Shown: positions 38,519 to 48,100, numbered from the stretch's first letter. The stretch is 64,000 bases of DNA from an uncultured Pseudomonadales bacterium (GCA_964635905.1 CAZWPK010000005.1:4695-68694); one strand, 5' to 3'. Made by a program: numbers and translations. Notes: generated from the sequence alone by a model not told the origin.

Positions 38519-40618
38519 TTGTTATCCTTAAGCTGTACCATGTTAGATGCACTTCTCAATCCAACTACAATCGCTGTCATTGGAGTCTCCAAAGAGCCTC
38601 AAAAAGTTGGGCATCAAATCTTCTTAAACCTGCAACAGTTTCCCCATTCGGTGATTCCAATCCACCCCAAGCATCAAAAGATTTTAGGAAAAAAAGCGTA
38701 CCCGGATATCTTAAGCGTTCCCGCATCGATCGACTTGGCCATTATTACCACCCCTAAAGCTTTGGTTGAGGATCTCGTCTATCAATGCGTGGATAAAAAG
38801 GTGAAGGCGATCATCATCATTTCAGCGGGCTTTGCGGAAACAAATAAATCAGGTCTTAGACTGCAAACCAAGATTGCGCAGATCTGTGCCCGAAATCATA
38901 TTCTTTTGCTTGGACCTAATACTCTGGGTGCAATTAATCCGCGCGCAAAACTGAATGCAAGTTTTGCTCCCACCCACGTTCCGGTTGGAGATATCGCGGT
39001 GATCAGTCAGTCCGGAGCCATGTTAACCACGATCTTTTCTCAGCTAGTAAGTCGCAACATCGGGAGTTCCTTTGCGGTGTCTTTAGGAAACAGTGCGGGT
39101 ATTACCGTGTTAGACGCACTCGATCATGCTCATCACGATTCTCACACCGCCATGATCGCACTCTATCTAGAATCGATTCCCAACATCCCCAGGTTTTTTG
39201 CGAAATGTAAAGAAATCTCAAAACACAAACCCATTCTGTTACTAAAAGGCGGCACCACATCCCAAGGTGCGCGTGCCTCACTGTCGCACACGGCTGCCCT
39301 GGCAACGGATCATCGGTTAATCCTCGAAGGTCAATACCAGTTCGGGTATACCTGTGTAGAGACACTGGAACAATTTTTTGAAACGACCTTCTTTTTACAT
39401 TCTCTGATCCACAAACCCCAATTTGGGGGTACATTCCCCAAAAACCTCTTAATCGTCACCAATGCCGGTGGACCAGGAGTGAATGCAACGGATCTTGCAG
39501 CCAAGGCAGATCTTGAACTCGCCAGTTGGAGTCAGACTTCCCTTCGTGCCCTTGCCCGCTCAGTTCCGCGAATCTCCCCGAGCAATCCGACCGATCTTCT
39601 GGGTGATGCGAGTACGAAGGATGTACAGACCGTGCTAGAGATCGCGCACGATGATCCACTGGTAGAGGCCATCCTTTTGATTTTAACCCGTCAGTCGGTG
39701 ACCGATATTCCGGCGATCACCCACGCCATCATTGATTTGTTTCCCAAATTACACACCCCACTCATTGTCGCCTTGATGGGAGGGAAAGAAGAATATCGCT
39801 ATCTACAAAAGCTGCGCCAAGCGGGTATCACGACCGTTGAGTACCCCAATGAAGGCGTGGAAATTTTTTCCTGTTCAAATCATGTGCGACGCGCACAATT
39901 AGTCGATCGATCCGCAAAACTCATGGAAGAGTTAAAGCAATCGCTATCGGGATATCTTCCTGGGGAACCTGAACGCAAAAAATTCCCGCTTAAAACTAAT
40001 GAACTGTCATCGGTCTATTTATTACTGGAAGCCTATGGGTTTACTCTCCCGCGCGCCGCAATTGTAAAATCGTGCAGTCAATTAGACGAGCTCGATGCGC
40101 TCGATCCTGCCAGGGTCTACCCCCTCTTTGCCAAAACCGCCAACTTAAAGCTCAAGCATAAAGCAGTTTTAGGTGCTGTGATTGGAAATATCCAAAATAA
40201 GGAAGAAGCCGTTCAAGCATACGAACGGCTAAAAAAATTTGGTCCAAGTGTATTGTTTCAAGAGGTCATCACCGATGCGAGCGAAGTCATACTTGGATAT
40301 CGGAATGATCCAGAGTTTGGCAAGTTTATCGCTGTAGGGATGGGTGGAAGCCTCACAAACATCTTGGAGGATCGGGCCTACATTTTCCTCCCCGCTAGTA
40401 GCAAAGAAATTCGACAAGCTTTCCGTCGCACCAAACTCCATGCGTCAATGTCTACCGAGGAACGTTCACTCATACTCCTGTGTCTGGAACGATTACTAGC
40501 TGTCGCCATGGAACATCCCGAAATTGCCGAGCTTGAAATCAATCCACTCATGCTTGCCAATCATCAAGCGTTTGTCACTGACGTGAAGGTAGAACTACAA
40601 TCCCCAGATCTAACCTAG
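38519..40618 (+). CDS. ADP-forming acyl/acetyl-CoA synthetase (fused alpha+beta; NDP-forming acid-thiol ligase)
   Basis: N-terminal CoA-binding Rossmann (IAVIGVS...GHQIF), succinyl-CoA-synthetase-like ligase-CoA domain (VISQSGAM), C-terminal ATP-grasp. Confidence 0.8.
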   Translation: MLSLSCTMLDALLNPTTIAVIGVSKEPQKVGHQIFLNLQQFPHSVIPIHPKHQKILGKKAYPDILSVPASIDLAIITTPKALVEDLVYQCVDKKVKAIIIISAGFAETNKSGLRLQTKIAQICARNHILLLGPNTLGAINPRAKLNASFAPTHVPVGDIAVISQSGAMLTTIFSQLVSRNIGSSFAVSLGNSAGITVLDALDHAHHDSHTAMIALYLESIPNIPRFFAKCKEISKHKPILLLKGGTTSQGARASLSHTAALATDHRLILEGQYQFGYTCVETLEQFFETTFFLHSLIHKPQFGGTFPKNLLIVTNAGGPGVNATDLAAKADLELASWSQTSLRALARSVPRISPSNPTDLLGDASTKDVQTVLEIAHDDPLVEAILLILTRQSVTDIPAITHAIIDLFPKLHTPLIVALMGGKEEYRYLQKLRQAGITTVEYPNEGVEIFSCSNHVRRAQLVDRSAKLMEELKQSLSGYLPGEPERKKFPLKTNELSSVYLLLEAYGFTLPRAAIVKSCSQLDELDALDPARVYPLFAKTANLKLKHKAVLGAVIGNIQNKEEAVQAYERLKKFGPSVLFQEVITDASEVILGYRNDPEFGKFIAVGMGGSLTNILEDRAYIFLPASSKEIRQAFRRTKLHASMSTEERSLILLCLERLLAVAMEHPEIAELEINPLMLANHQAFVTDVKVELQSPDLT

Positions 40619-40659
40619 AAAAATACACAAAAGCAGGATAAAATCAGCTACATCTGAAT

Positions 40660-42519
40660 ATGACGAAATCATCATTTAACTGGAAAATTGGAGGAAAGGC
40701 TGGCGAAGGAATTGCAGCTACCTCTTTTTTAATGGCCAAGATCTGTCAAAAAGCAGGTCTCTCCCTTTTTGAATACGGTGAATACCCCTCACTTATCCGA
40801 GGAAGTCATACAACCGGTCAAGTCCACGCTTCCGCTGATCCGGTGTCCTGTCAAGAAAAAATGGTCGACTTAATGGTGGTGCTGAATGAAGATTGTATAA
40901 GACTCCATCTGGATGAGTTCACACCACAAACAAAGTTCTTAATTGATTTAGCCGATGACAAAATTGATTTTTCCAAATATCCAAGTATTTCGAAAGAACA
41001 AGTGATCTCTGTCCCCATGGTGCAAATTGCACGAGACACAACTGGGAAAAGTTTAGCTTCCAACATGGTCAGCCTTGCCGTTAGCTGTGAGCTCCTAGGC
41101 CTCAAGCAGGAGTATTTGCATGCCGTCATCACTGCATTCTTTGAACGCAAAGGGGCAGAGGTAGTCAATGAAAATCTTGCTGCGGCGAAAAAAGGACATG
41201 AATTCATCCTCTCCTTACAGCAAGACATAACAAAACTTCCAACTGCACCTTCTGATCCATCGTTGGATTCGGGTGGGGAGTCTGTAGAAGCAAGCACACT
41301 TGCCTCTGACCCGCTTACTGCCGGAGAACCCGCTGAGAAGCAACAAGCAATGTCAGAAACGGCTTCTAGCGATCAACCAGCCTCTGACACACTCCTACTC
41401 ACTGGAACCGAAGCAATTGGCTTTGGTGCCCTCTCTGCGGGTGTGCAATATTATAGTGCCTACCCAATGACACCCTCCTCTGCCTTAATGACCTTTATGG
41501 CGGATGCTTCCGAAAAATATCCTCTTGTTCTCAAACATGCAGAAGATGAGATTGCAGCCATGAATAATGTGATTGGGGCAGGCTTTACGGGTGTGCGTGC
41601 GATGACCGGAACCGCCGGGGGTGGCTTTGCCTTAATGGTGGAAGCCGTTTCCCTTGCCGGCGTCACGGAGGTTCCATTGGTCTGTATGGTCGGAGGTCGC
41701 CCTGGCCCTGCTACCGGCCTTCCTACCTGGACATCACAGACAGATCTCTCCTTTGTGCTCCATGCGGGCCATGGAGAATTCCCCAGAATTGTGTTCACCC
41801 CTGGAAACCTAGAAGAATGTTTCAAATTGACACGACTGTCATTTATCTTGGCAGAAAAATACCATACCCAAGCCTACATCATTGCGGACAAACTTCTCTT
41901 AGAGTCGCGCATGACCACGCTTCCTTTTCCAACAGAATATAGTAATCAACAATATTCCTTTGCGCAGGATCCATTGCCTGAAGACCAGTCGTATCGACGG
42001 TTTGAAGTTACCAAAGAAGGCTATTCTCCACGCTCCATCCCTGGTCAGCCGAACGGACTACAACTCACTAACTCCTACGAACATGATACGTATGGATATG
42101 CCACTGAAGATGCAACCCTGGCAAAACAAATGGTTGAAAAGCGGATGCGCAAATGGGATGGATTAATTGCGGAAGTTCCAGGTCCAGTTCTCATCGGTCC
42201 AGAAAGTGCGGATCTTACGGTTGTCTGCTGGGGAAGTACGCGATTGGTCATGGAAGAAGTACTCCGACAAGTCAATGTCGATGGAAAAACAGCCGTAAAC
42301 ACGATTCATTTGATGACCATGCTGCCGTTTAAAGTGGAGGAGTTTAAAGCATTAGTCGGTGCGGCAAAGAAACTTGTGATCATTGAAGAAAATTTCATGG
42401 GTCAAGCAGAGAACCATATTAAAGCTCAAACTGGAATCACCTTTGACCATCGTATTCATCGTTATGATGGTCGTCCCTTCTATGCGGATGACATCGTAGA
42501 GGAGTTACAAGCAATTTAA
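40660..42519 (+). CDS. korA: 2-oxoacid:ferredoxin oxidoreductase subunit alpha (fused gamma+alpha, KorA-type)
   Basis: N-terminal POR-gamma-like (IGGKAGEGIAATSFL) and alpha domain (TGTEAIGFGALSAGVQYYSAYPMTPSS). Confidence 0.8.
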   Translation: MTKSSFNWKIGGKAGEGIAATSFLMAKICQKAGLSLFEYGEYPSLIRGSHTTGQVHASADPVSCQEKMVDLMVVLNEDCIRLHLDEFTPQTKFLIDLADDKIDFSKYPSISKEQVISVPMVQIARDTTGKSLASNMVSLAVSCELLGLKQEYLHAVITAFFERKGAEVVNENLAAAKKGHEFILSLQQDITKLPTAPSDPSLDSGGESVEASTLASDPLTAGEPAEKQQAMSETASSDQPASDTLLLTGTEAIGFGALSAGVQYYSAYPMTPSSALMTFMADASEKYPLVLKHAEDEIAAMNNVIGAGFTGVRAMTGTAGGGFALMVEAVSLAGVTEVPLVCMVGGRPGPATGLPTWTSQTDLSFVLHAGHGEFPRIVFTPGNLEECFKLTRLSFILAEKYHTQAYIIADKLLLESRMTTLPFPTEYSNQQYSFAQDPLPEDQSYRRFEVTKEGYSPRSIPGQPNGLQLTNSYEHDTYGYATEDATLAKQMVEKRMRKWDGLIAEVPGPVLIGPESADLTVVCWGSTRLVMEEVLRQVNVDGKTAVNTIHLMTMLPFKVEEFKALVGAAKKLVIIEENFMGQAENHIKAQTGITFDHRIHRYDGRPFYADDIVEELQAI

Positions 42520-42527
42520 AGGAAACT

Positions 42528-42827
42528 ATGACAGAAAAAACCACCAGCCGTTGGCAAGATGATCCGGAGATGTTCATTCCTCTTGAACCTGAGCAACTAC
42601 TAGAAATTCGTCGAGCCGTAGCGGCAGAGGGCACCGCACGACAAGAAGAGTTACGAATAGCTATTCAAGCCATTTTAAGGGAAAGAGGTCCGATGACTGG
42701 AACTGCACTAGGTGCTGAACTCAGGAACCGCTTTTCAGATGTATCAGACCATGAATTTCTTATCACCAGATTATCATTAGGCTATCCCATCGACCCAAGG
42801 GAGATGTTTACACTTATACAAGAATAA
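42528..42827 (+). CDS. Hypothetical 99-aa protein inserted between korA and korB (no Cys; not a delta/ferredoxin subunit)
   Basis: Tightly spaced (8 nt after korA, 5 nt before korB), same strand, with a helical acidic/Arg-rich sequence. Confidence 0.45.
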   Translation: MTEKTTSRWQDDPEMFIPLEPEQLLEIRRAVAAEGTARQEELRIAIQAILRERGPMTGTALGAELRNRFSDVSDHEFLITRLSLGYPIDPREMFTLIQE

Positions 42828-42832
42828 CTAGT

Positions 42833-43693
42833 ATGCCAAACGTATCCGAAGTCACCCTCAAAACCCCCAACTTCCCCACCTGGTGTCCAGGTTGTGGAGA
42901 CTATGGAATTTGGTCTGCAATTAAAAAAGCACTCTCAGAGCTAGCAATCCCCCAAGAAGATCTTGTTATCGTCTTTGGAGTTGGATGTAGTGGAAACATG
43001 GCGGACTTTTTACGTTCCTATGGGTTTCATGCACTGCACGGACGCGCTCTACCAGTAGCCGAAGCCATTAAACTGGCAAACCATCGCTTAAAAGTATTGA
43101 TCGTTGCCGGAGACGGAGATACGTATGGCGAAGGCATGGGTCATTTCATTGCCGCATGTCGGGGCAACCATGATATTACGCTGTTGGTTCACAACAATCA
43201 GGTCTATGGACTAACGACCGGACAAGCAGCCCCAACCACTCCCAAGGAGCGAAAAACAAAATCAACCCCAATGGGACAAGTCGAAGTCCCGGTCAATCCA
43301 ATTGCCTTAGCAGTGTCCTCCGGGGCAACCTTTGTGGCACGTGGTTATGCGGGCAATATTCCCGTGACCGCGGATCTGATCAAAAAGGGCTTAAACCATA
43401 CCGGGTTTTCATTGGTGGACGTCTTACAACCCTGTGTGACTTTTAACAAAGTAAATACCCACGGCTGGTATAACGAGCATTTGGATATTCTTCCTTCTGA
43501 CACAGAAATGACCAGTAAAGAAGCAGCTTGGAAGTTGAGTGAAGATCCAGAAAAATTGCATTTGGGAGTCTATTTTGAGGACACGACCAAACTTGCCTAC
43601 CACCAAACGATTCCGTGTTTGTCAGAAAAAAGTCTGACAGAGCAATTTCAAACGACTGTTTCACTCAAGCAGCATCTCGATAATTATCGCTAA
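42833..43693 (+). CDS. korB: 2-oxoacid:ferredoxin oxidoreductase subunit beta (TPP-binding)
   Basis: WCPGCGDYG, GVGCSGNM, and the TPP motif GDGDTYGEG...HNNQVYGLTTGQ. Confidence 0.8.
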   Translation: MPNVSEVTLKTPNFPTWCPGCGDYGIWSAIKKALSELAIPQEDLVIVFGVGCSGNMADFLRSYGFHALHGRALPVAEAIKLANHRLKVLIVAGDGDTYGEGMGHFIAACRGNHDITLLVHNNQVYGLTTGQAAPTTPKERKTKSTPMGQVEVPVNPIALAVSSGATFVARGYAGNIPVTADLIKKGLNHTGFSLVDVLQPCVTFNKVNTHGWYNEHLDILPSDTEMTSKEAAWKLSEDPEKLHLGVYFEDTTKLAYHQTIPCLSEKSLTEQFQTTVSLKQHLDNYR

Positions 43694-44328
43694 CGCAGCG
43701 TTTTATGCTTTGATTGAATAAATGAGCCTCGAGCTTTATTAATCAGTAGGAAGAGGATCCCGGCTCCGATTGCAGCAATCACCACGTACTGAAATCCCTT
43801 CATGTAGTTTTCAATATGATGCCAGTTCTGGCCTAGTTTTAAAGCCATGAATGCTAACGCATAGCACCAGACAAACGCTCCGGAAAACGTAAAGAAGATA
43901 AATTTCTTAAAATCCATGCGTAAGACTCCAGGAGGAAGAGACACATAGGTTCGCACCACGGGAAGCAATTGTGCCACAAAGACGGCTTTGTCACCATATT
44001 TTCGTAACCATTCCTCACCCTTTTTAAATTCTTCTTCCTGCACCCCCACATACTTGCCGTATTTGAGCATTAAGGGTTTCCCTCCTTTGTGACCAATGGT
44101 ATACAGGATCGTTGATCCTGTAGCGTTGCCAAGAGCTCCTGCCAAAGCTGCCCAAAATAAATTCAGTTTCCCTAAGAAGACAAAAAATCCTGCCAGTCCC
44201 ATGATGGCTTCCGATGGTAAGGGAATTGCAGCAGATTCAATTGTCATCCCTAACCAAATTCCGATATATCCAAATCGCTCTACCAATAATGTCGCAAACG
44301 CAAATAACTGTTCTAACACCGCATGCAT
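43690..44328 (-). CDS. DedA-family (VTT/SNARE-associated) membrane protein
   Basis: FGYIGIWLGMTIESAAIPLPSEAIM and the downstream VTT-domain pattern. Confidence 0.8.
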   Translation of the reverse strand: MHAVLEQLFAFATLLVERFGYIGIWLGMTIESAAIPLPSEAIMGLAGFFVFLGKLNLFWAALAGALGNATGSTILYTIGHKGGKPLMLKYGKYVGVQEEEFKKGEEWLRKYGDKAVFVAQLLPVVRTYVSLPPGVLRMDFKKFIFFTFSGAFVWCYALAFMALKLGQNWHHIENYMKGFQYVVIAAIGAGILFLLINKARGSFIQSKHKTLR

Positions 44329-44495
44329 ACGATCCTTTCAACGATCAAAAAGAGTAACTATCGAATAAAAAATTCGTTATTCAATGAATACTGCATTCTA
44401 GCGCAAACTCTTACGAAAAAATATGATCGAGGGTTCTCAAACCAGGGGAATTTATACTATAATGCTCCTTCAAGCATAGCTAGAGGATTCCCATC

Positions 44496-45155
44496 ATGAG
44501 CATTTTCGATCAAGCCGCATCTGTCATCGAGCAGCTTTCCCTTCGTATTCCCATTGGGCTCTATACCCTGGTAGCATCCTTCATCGAAGAAATTATTGCT
44601 CCCATTCCTTCCCCGTTCGTCATGACGTCCGCAGGATCCATCGCCGCCGCGCAAGGAAAAACAGTGGCATTTTTATTTTTGTTAGCCCTCCTTGGCGCAG
44701 TCGGTAAGACCCTGGGATCGCTTGTTCTTTATTTCATTGCTGATAAAGCCGAGGATACGATCGTAAAAAAATACGGACGGTTCTTTGGAATCACCCATCG
44801 TGAACTCGAAAGTATTGGGAAGCACTTCAAAGGTCACTGGCGAGATGATTTCATGTTGGCCGGACTTCGCGCTCTACCCATCATTCCCAGTGCTCCGATT
44901 TCGATTGTTTGTGGAATCATCAAGGTTCCCCTTCGAACCTATATTGTTTCTACGTTTACTGGGACTACCATCCGAAATCTCTTATTCTTGTATTTTGGAT
45001 ATGCGGGACTGGGAAGTTATCAAACGATTGTGAACGGAATGGAAAGTGTAGAGTCCATCGTGCAAGTTGCAATGGCAGTGACCATCGGCTTAATTATCGT
45101 CTGGTTTTATTGGAAACGACATCAGCGCAATATAAAATTAGGCAAAGATACCTAA
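44496..45155 (+). CDS. DedA/VTT-like membrane protein (second, divergent paralogue)
   Basis: FIEEIIAPIPSPFVMTSAG...GKTLGSLVLYFIADKAE...KHFKGHWRDDFMLAGLRALP matches the DedA layout. Confidence 0.7.
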   Translation: MSIFDQAASVIEQLSLRIPIGLYTLVASFIEEIIAPIPSPFVMTSAGSIAAAQGKTVAFLFLLALLGAVGKTLGSLVLYFIADKAEDTIVKKYGRFFGITHRELESIGKHFKGHWRDDFMLAGLRALPIIPSAPISIVCGIIKVPLRTYIVSTFTGTTIRNLLFLYFGYAGLGSYQTIVNGMESVESIVQVAMAVTIGLIIVWFYWKRHQRNIKLGKDT

Positions 45156-46207
45156 AGTTCTTCGTTTGCTTCTTCTGTTACCTGGGCAAGTCGTTGCGTT
45201 TCTTTGGCTTCACCACTCAACTGGCGCATGTTCGTCAGTCCTCGACCTAACACCGATAGTGTTTGCGATGACGTTACATACATGTTTGAGGCATTCGTGA
45301 GATGCTTTCCCATTGTTTGGTATTGCTGTTCAAAGTGCACAAAGTCCTTTTGAATCCCACGAAGAAGTTTGAATGCTTCTTTGGTTTTTCCTTCCATCTT
45401 CTTGCCTTCAAAGGACAGCAAAATGGTTTGTAAGTGCGCATACATCGTTGTCGGTGACACAGGATAGACACGATGATTTCTGGCGTACTCCAATAAAGTA
45501 TCATTGGCAGCAATCTCATAGAACACGGTCTCCGACGGCACATACATCAATGCAAAATCCATGGTTCCTTCTTCCGGAAGAATATACTTTGTTGCGATTG
45601 CATCAATATGTTTTTTGACATCACGCACAAAGTCTTTCTTTGACACCTCACGCTCCTGCTGTGTTTCCCCTTTGAGCATTGCCTGGAAGTTTTCCATGGG
45701 AAACTTGGAATCGATGGGAAGAATGCCGGCATCAGTTTGAATCGCAGCATCCACGATGGATCCCGATTTGAAGCGATGTTGTAAAAAGAAATGCTGTTTG
45801 GGAAAGACTTGGGAAATCAAATCCGAGAGCACGCGCTCTCCCAAATTTCCTCGAAGTTTGGGTGACTTCAGGAGCGCATCCAAATCTTTCATCGAACGAC
45901 TGATTTCAGAAAATTGACCGGCTTCACGTTTCAATTCTCCGATGATATCGGAAGCCTTGGTCAGTCGTTCATGAATGTCGCGGGTTTGTTGCTGCATGGT
46001 TGAAGAAATTTGCGCCGTGGACACTCGGGAGGAATCCAAGAGTGTTTGTTGAAGTTGCTGCATCTGCAATTGGGTACTTTTTACCCACTCCAGTAACGCA
46101 GGATCTTGCGTCGTTTTCTTTTGCGTGAGCAAGTAGAAAATGATCCCGACGAGAACGCAACATAAGACAGCTAGAAGGACAGAAACCATAGAAAACCAGT
46201 ATAGCAT
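45152..46207 (-). CDS. rmuC: DNA recombination protein RmuC
   Basis: N-terminal TM helix, long coiled coil, and the RmuC core (GNLGERVLSDLISQVFP...LPIDSKFPMENF). Confidence 0.8.
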   Translation of the reverse strand: MLYWFSMVSVLLAVLCCVLVGIIFYLLTQKKTTQDPALLEWVKSTQLQMQQLQQTLLDSSRVSTAQISSTMQQQTRDIHERLTKASDIIGELKREAGQFSEISRSMKDLDALLKSPKLRGNLGERVLSDLISQVFPKQHFFLQHRFKSGSIVDAAIQTDAGILPIDSKFPMENFQAMLKGETQQEREVSKKDFVRDVKKHIDAIATKYILPEEGTMDFALMYVPSETVFYEIAANDTLLEYARNHRVYPVSPTTMYAHLQTILLSFEGKKMEGKTKEAFKLLRGIQKDFVHFEQQYQTMGKHLTNASNMYVTSSQTLSVLGRGLTNMRQLSGEAKETQRLAQVTEEANEEL

Positions 46208-46240
46208 TCAGGAACCATGGGAATCAGTATCGGAAAATTA

Positions 46241-46580
46241 ATGCTTGGGTATCTGTAAGCCAGATTCTGTCAAAGGATAATCATTTCTCTAAGCCTGCAT
46301 CTTGATCACCCGTGTTGCTTTTGGCAACACAAAGGGGAAGCTTCCATTATGGTGAAGGTCGTCAGTTGCAGCGGGGAGGATTGCCACGAATGCTGTTACG
46401 CAGTCGTATCCAAACACTTGATCGTTTCAGCCGGCGCTACCCGGATCGTCTCTGTTGCTCTAACTATGTAATTGCAAAAGCAATCACCCTTTGATCTTAT
46501 TCAAAGCACCCTGCTTCCAGCTGTCTGGACTTTCCTCTTCTACAGTTAAGTAAAAGCGATTACCCGATACCCAAGCCTCT
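46241..46580 (-). ncRNA. rnpB: RNase P RNA (bacterial type A-like, compact ~340 nt)
   Basis: Minus strand carries GAGGAAAGUCCAGACA (CR-I), GCAGGGUGC, GCAACAGAGA (CR-II-like), and ACAGAAUCUGGCUUACAG (CR-IV/V). P4 shows compensatory CAGA/UCUG versus E. coli CGGG/CCCG. P1 forms by an 11-bp pairing, GCUUGGGUAUC with GAUACCCAAGC, at the two ends. Confidence 0.85.
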
Positions 46581-46709
46581 CTATTATACGTCGTGAAGCC
46601 AAACTCCCCAACCCTGCGATTATTTTCACCTTTAAGCCAAGACAGGTTTTGTTGAATCTGGGCAATCGTGGTACAGTAGCACTATATACGCTGGAAATTA
46701 AGGAGATTT

Positions 46710-47405
46710 ATGGATGGTTACGCTGTTTCCCCCTTCCAAGCAGGTGTGGCTGAAAGTGTTTCGATCGCATTTACCCAACTGGTTACCTTTCTACCCAAGC
46801 TCGCCTCAGCTCTATTAGTTGGGATGATTGGGCTATTTTTGGCACGCGCACTCCGTCGATTTGTGGTTACTTCACTCTCTCGATTGAAACTCTCCAGTAG
46901 TTTAGAGAAAACCCCAGTCGCAGAATTCTTAAAGAATTCTGAGGTTGGACATACCGCAGAAAGCGTTGCCGGAAGTGTCGTCTATTGGATCTTCATGCTG
47001 TTTGTCATCTACACCGTGGTTACTATTCTTGGATTAGATACCGCCTCTGCGCTTTTGAATCGCGTGCTCTTCTATATTCCTAGAGTTGTCTCCGCCATCC
47101 TCATCTTTATCTTTGGGGTGTTACTTGCTGGGATTGCTGAAGCACTCGTGAAAGGAATGATTAAGTCCATCGATCCCAAAACAGGACGACTGGTGGGAAA
47201 AATCTCCAGTTACCTAATCATCGTTCTTGCCTCGATGGCAGCAATCAGTGAACTAGGAATTGCACAACAATTTATCACCATCCTCTTTACTGGATTTGTG
47301 GTTGCTGTCTCACTAGCAATCGGACTTGCATTCGGACTCGGTAGCAAAGATACGGTGAATCGCATGATGGGCGAATGGTACGATCGCATGCGCAAAGATG
47401 AATAG
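46710..47405 (+). CDS. Hypothetical multi-TM membrane protein (repeated 'conserved TM helix'-like segments as in MscS-type N-termini)
   Basis: Five to six hydrophobic helices, followed by a strong terminator. No catalytic motif. Confidence 0.5.
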   Translation: MDGYAVSPFQAGVAESVSIAFTQLVTFLPKLASALLVGMIGLFLARALRRFVVTSLSRLKLSSSLEKTPVAEFLKNSEVGHTAESVAGSVVYWIFMLFVIYTVVTILGLDTASALLNRVLFYIPRVVSAILIFIFGVLLAGIAEALVKGMIKSIDPKTGRLVGKISSYLIIVLASMAAISELGIAQQFITILFTGFVVAVSLAIGLAFGLGSKDTVNRMMGEWYDRMRKDE

Positions 47406-47433
47406 ACTCTAAATTAAGATTGAACTGTAAGCA

Positions 47434-47462
47434 AAACGCCCCTTGTATAGGGGCGTTTTTAA
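47434..47462. terminator. Bidirectional rho-independent terminator between convergent genes
   Basis: AAAACGCCCC-TTGTATA-GGGGCGTTTTT: perfect GC-rich stem flanked by an A-run and a T-run. Confidence 0.7.
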
Positions 47463-47479
47463 ATAGTCGTCAACAGCTA

Positions 47480-48100
47480 TTAGACAGAGAACTTCCGGAT
47501 GAGTCCAACGCACTTTCCTTGAATCCGCACCCGTGTCGCAAAGATGGGTTGCATCTTGGAGTTGGCTGGCTCTAAGCGAATTCGTGTGGCTTCTTTGTAG
47601 AACTTTTTGAGTGTTGCCAGTCCGTTATCCAATAAGGCAACCACAATGTCACCATTGGCAACTTCTTGCTGCTCTTCAATCACCACGTAATCACCATCGA
47701 GGATTCCCTCTTCGACCATAGAGTCTCCTTTGACTTGGAGAACATAGGCGCGCTTTTTCCCAGTGATGAGCTCTGGGGAAACTTTGAAAGTCGCATTAGG
47801 ATCGGTGTAGGGAGCAATCGGTTGACCTGCCGCAATGAAACCTAATAAGGGAAGATCAACGGCATCCGTAAGGCGTAAAAACGTTCGGTCCACAAGTTCC
47901 AATCCCCGTACAGTCCCTTCATATTTTTTAATCACACCTTTGCGAATAAGTGCCTGCAAATGTTCATGCACGGTGGCTAACGAAGACACCCCAATCGAAT
48001 CGGCGATCTCTTGCAGGGTTGGAGAATAGCCGTTCTTTTGGATATATTGGGCAATAAAGTCTACAATTTGTCGCTGTCTCTTATACAGAGTGATCGGCAT
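47480..48100 (-). CDS. lexA: LexA repressor
   Basis: N-terminal wHTH (LTLYKRQRQIVDFI...SPTLQEIADSIGVSS) and C-terminal S24 peptidase with the AG cleavage site (FIAAGQPIA), Ser in VKGDSMV, Lys in KKF. Start at the internal Met MPITLYK. Confidence 0.85.
   Translation of the reverse strand: MPITLYKRQRQIVDFIAQYIQKNGYSPTLQEIADSIGVSSLATVHEHLQALIRKGVIKKYEGTVRGLELVDRTFLRLTDAVDLPLLGFIAAGQPIAPYTDPNATFKVSPELITGKKRAYVLQVKGDSMVEEGILDGDYVVIEEQQEVANGDIVVALLDNGLATLKKFYKEATRIRLEPANSKMQPIFATRVRIQGKCVGLIRKFSV

Noticed and set aside
42528-42827. Interpreting the korA-korB inserted ORF as the OFOR delta (ferredoxin) subunit
   Set aside because: The protein contains no cysteine, so it cannot bind Fe-S clusters.
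46312-46494. 60-aa plus-strand ORF in the rmuC-downstream gap
   Set aside because: It lies entirely inside the RNase P RNA gene on the opposite strand and has no coding features.
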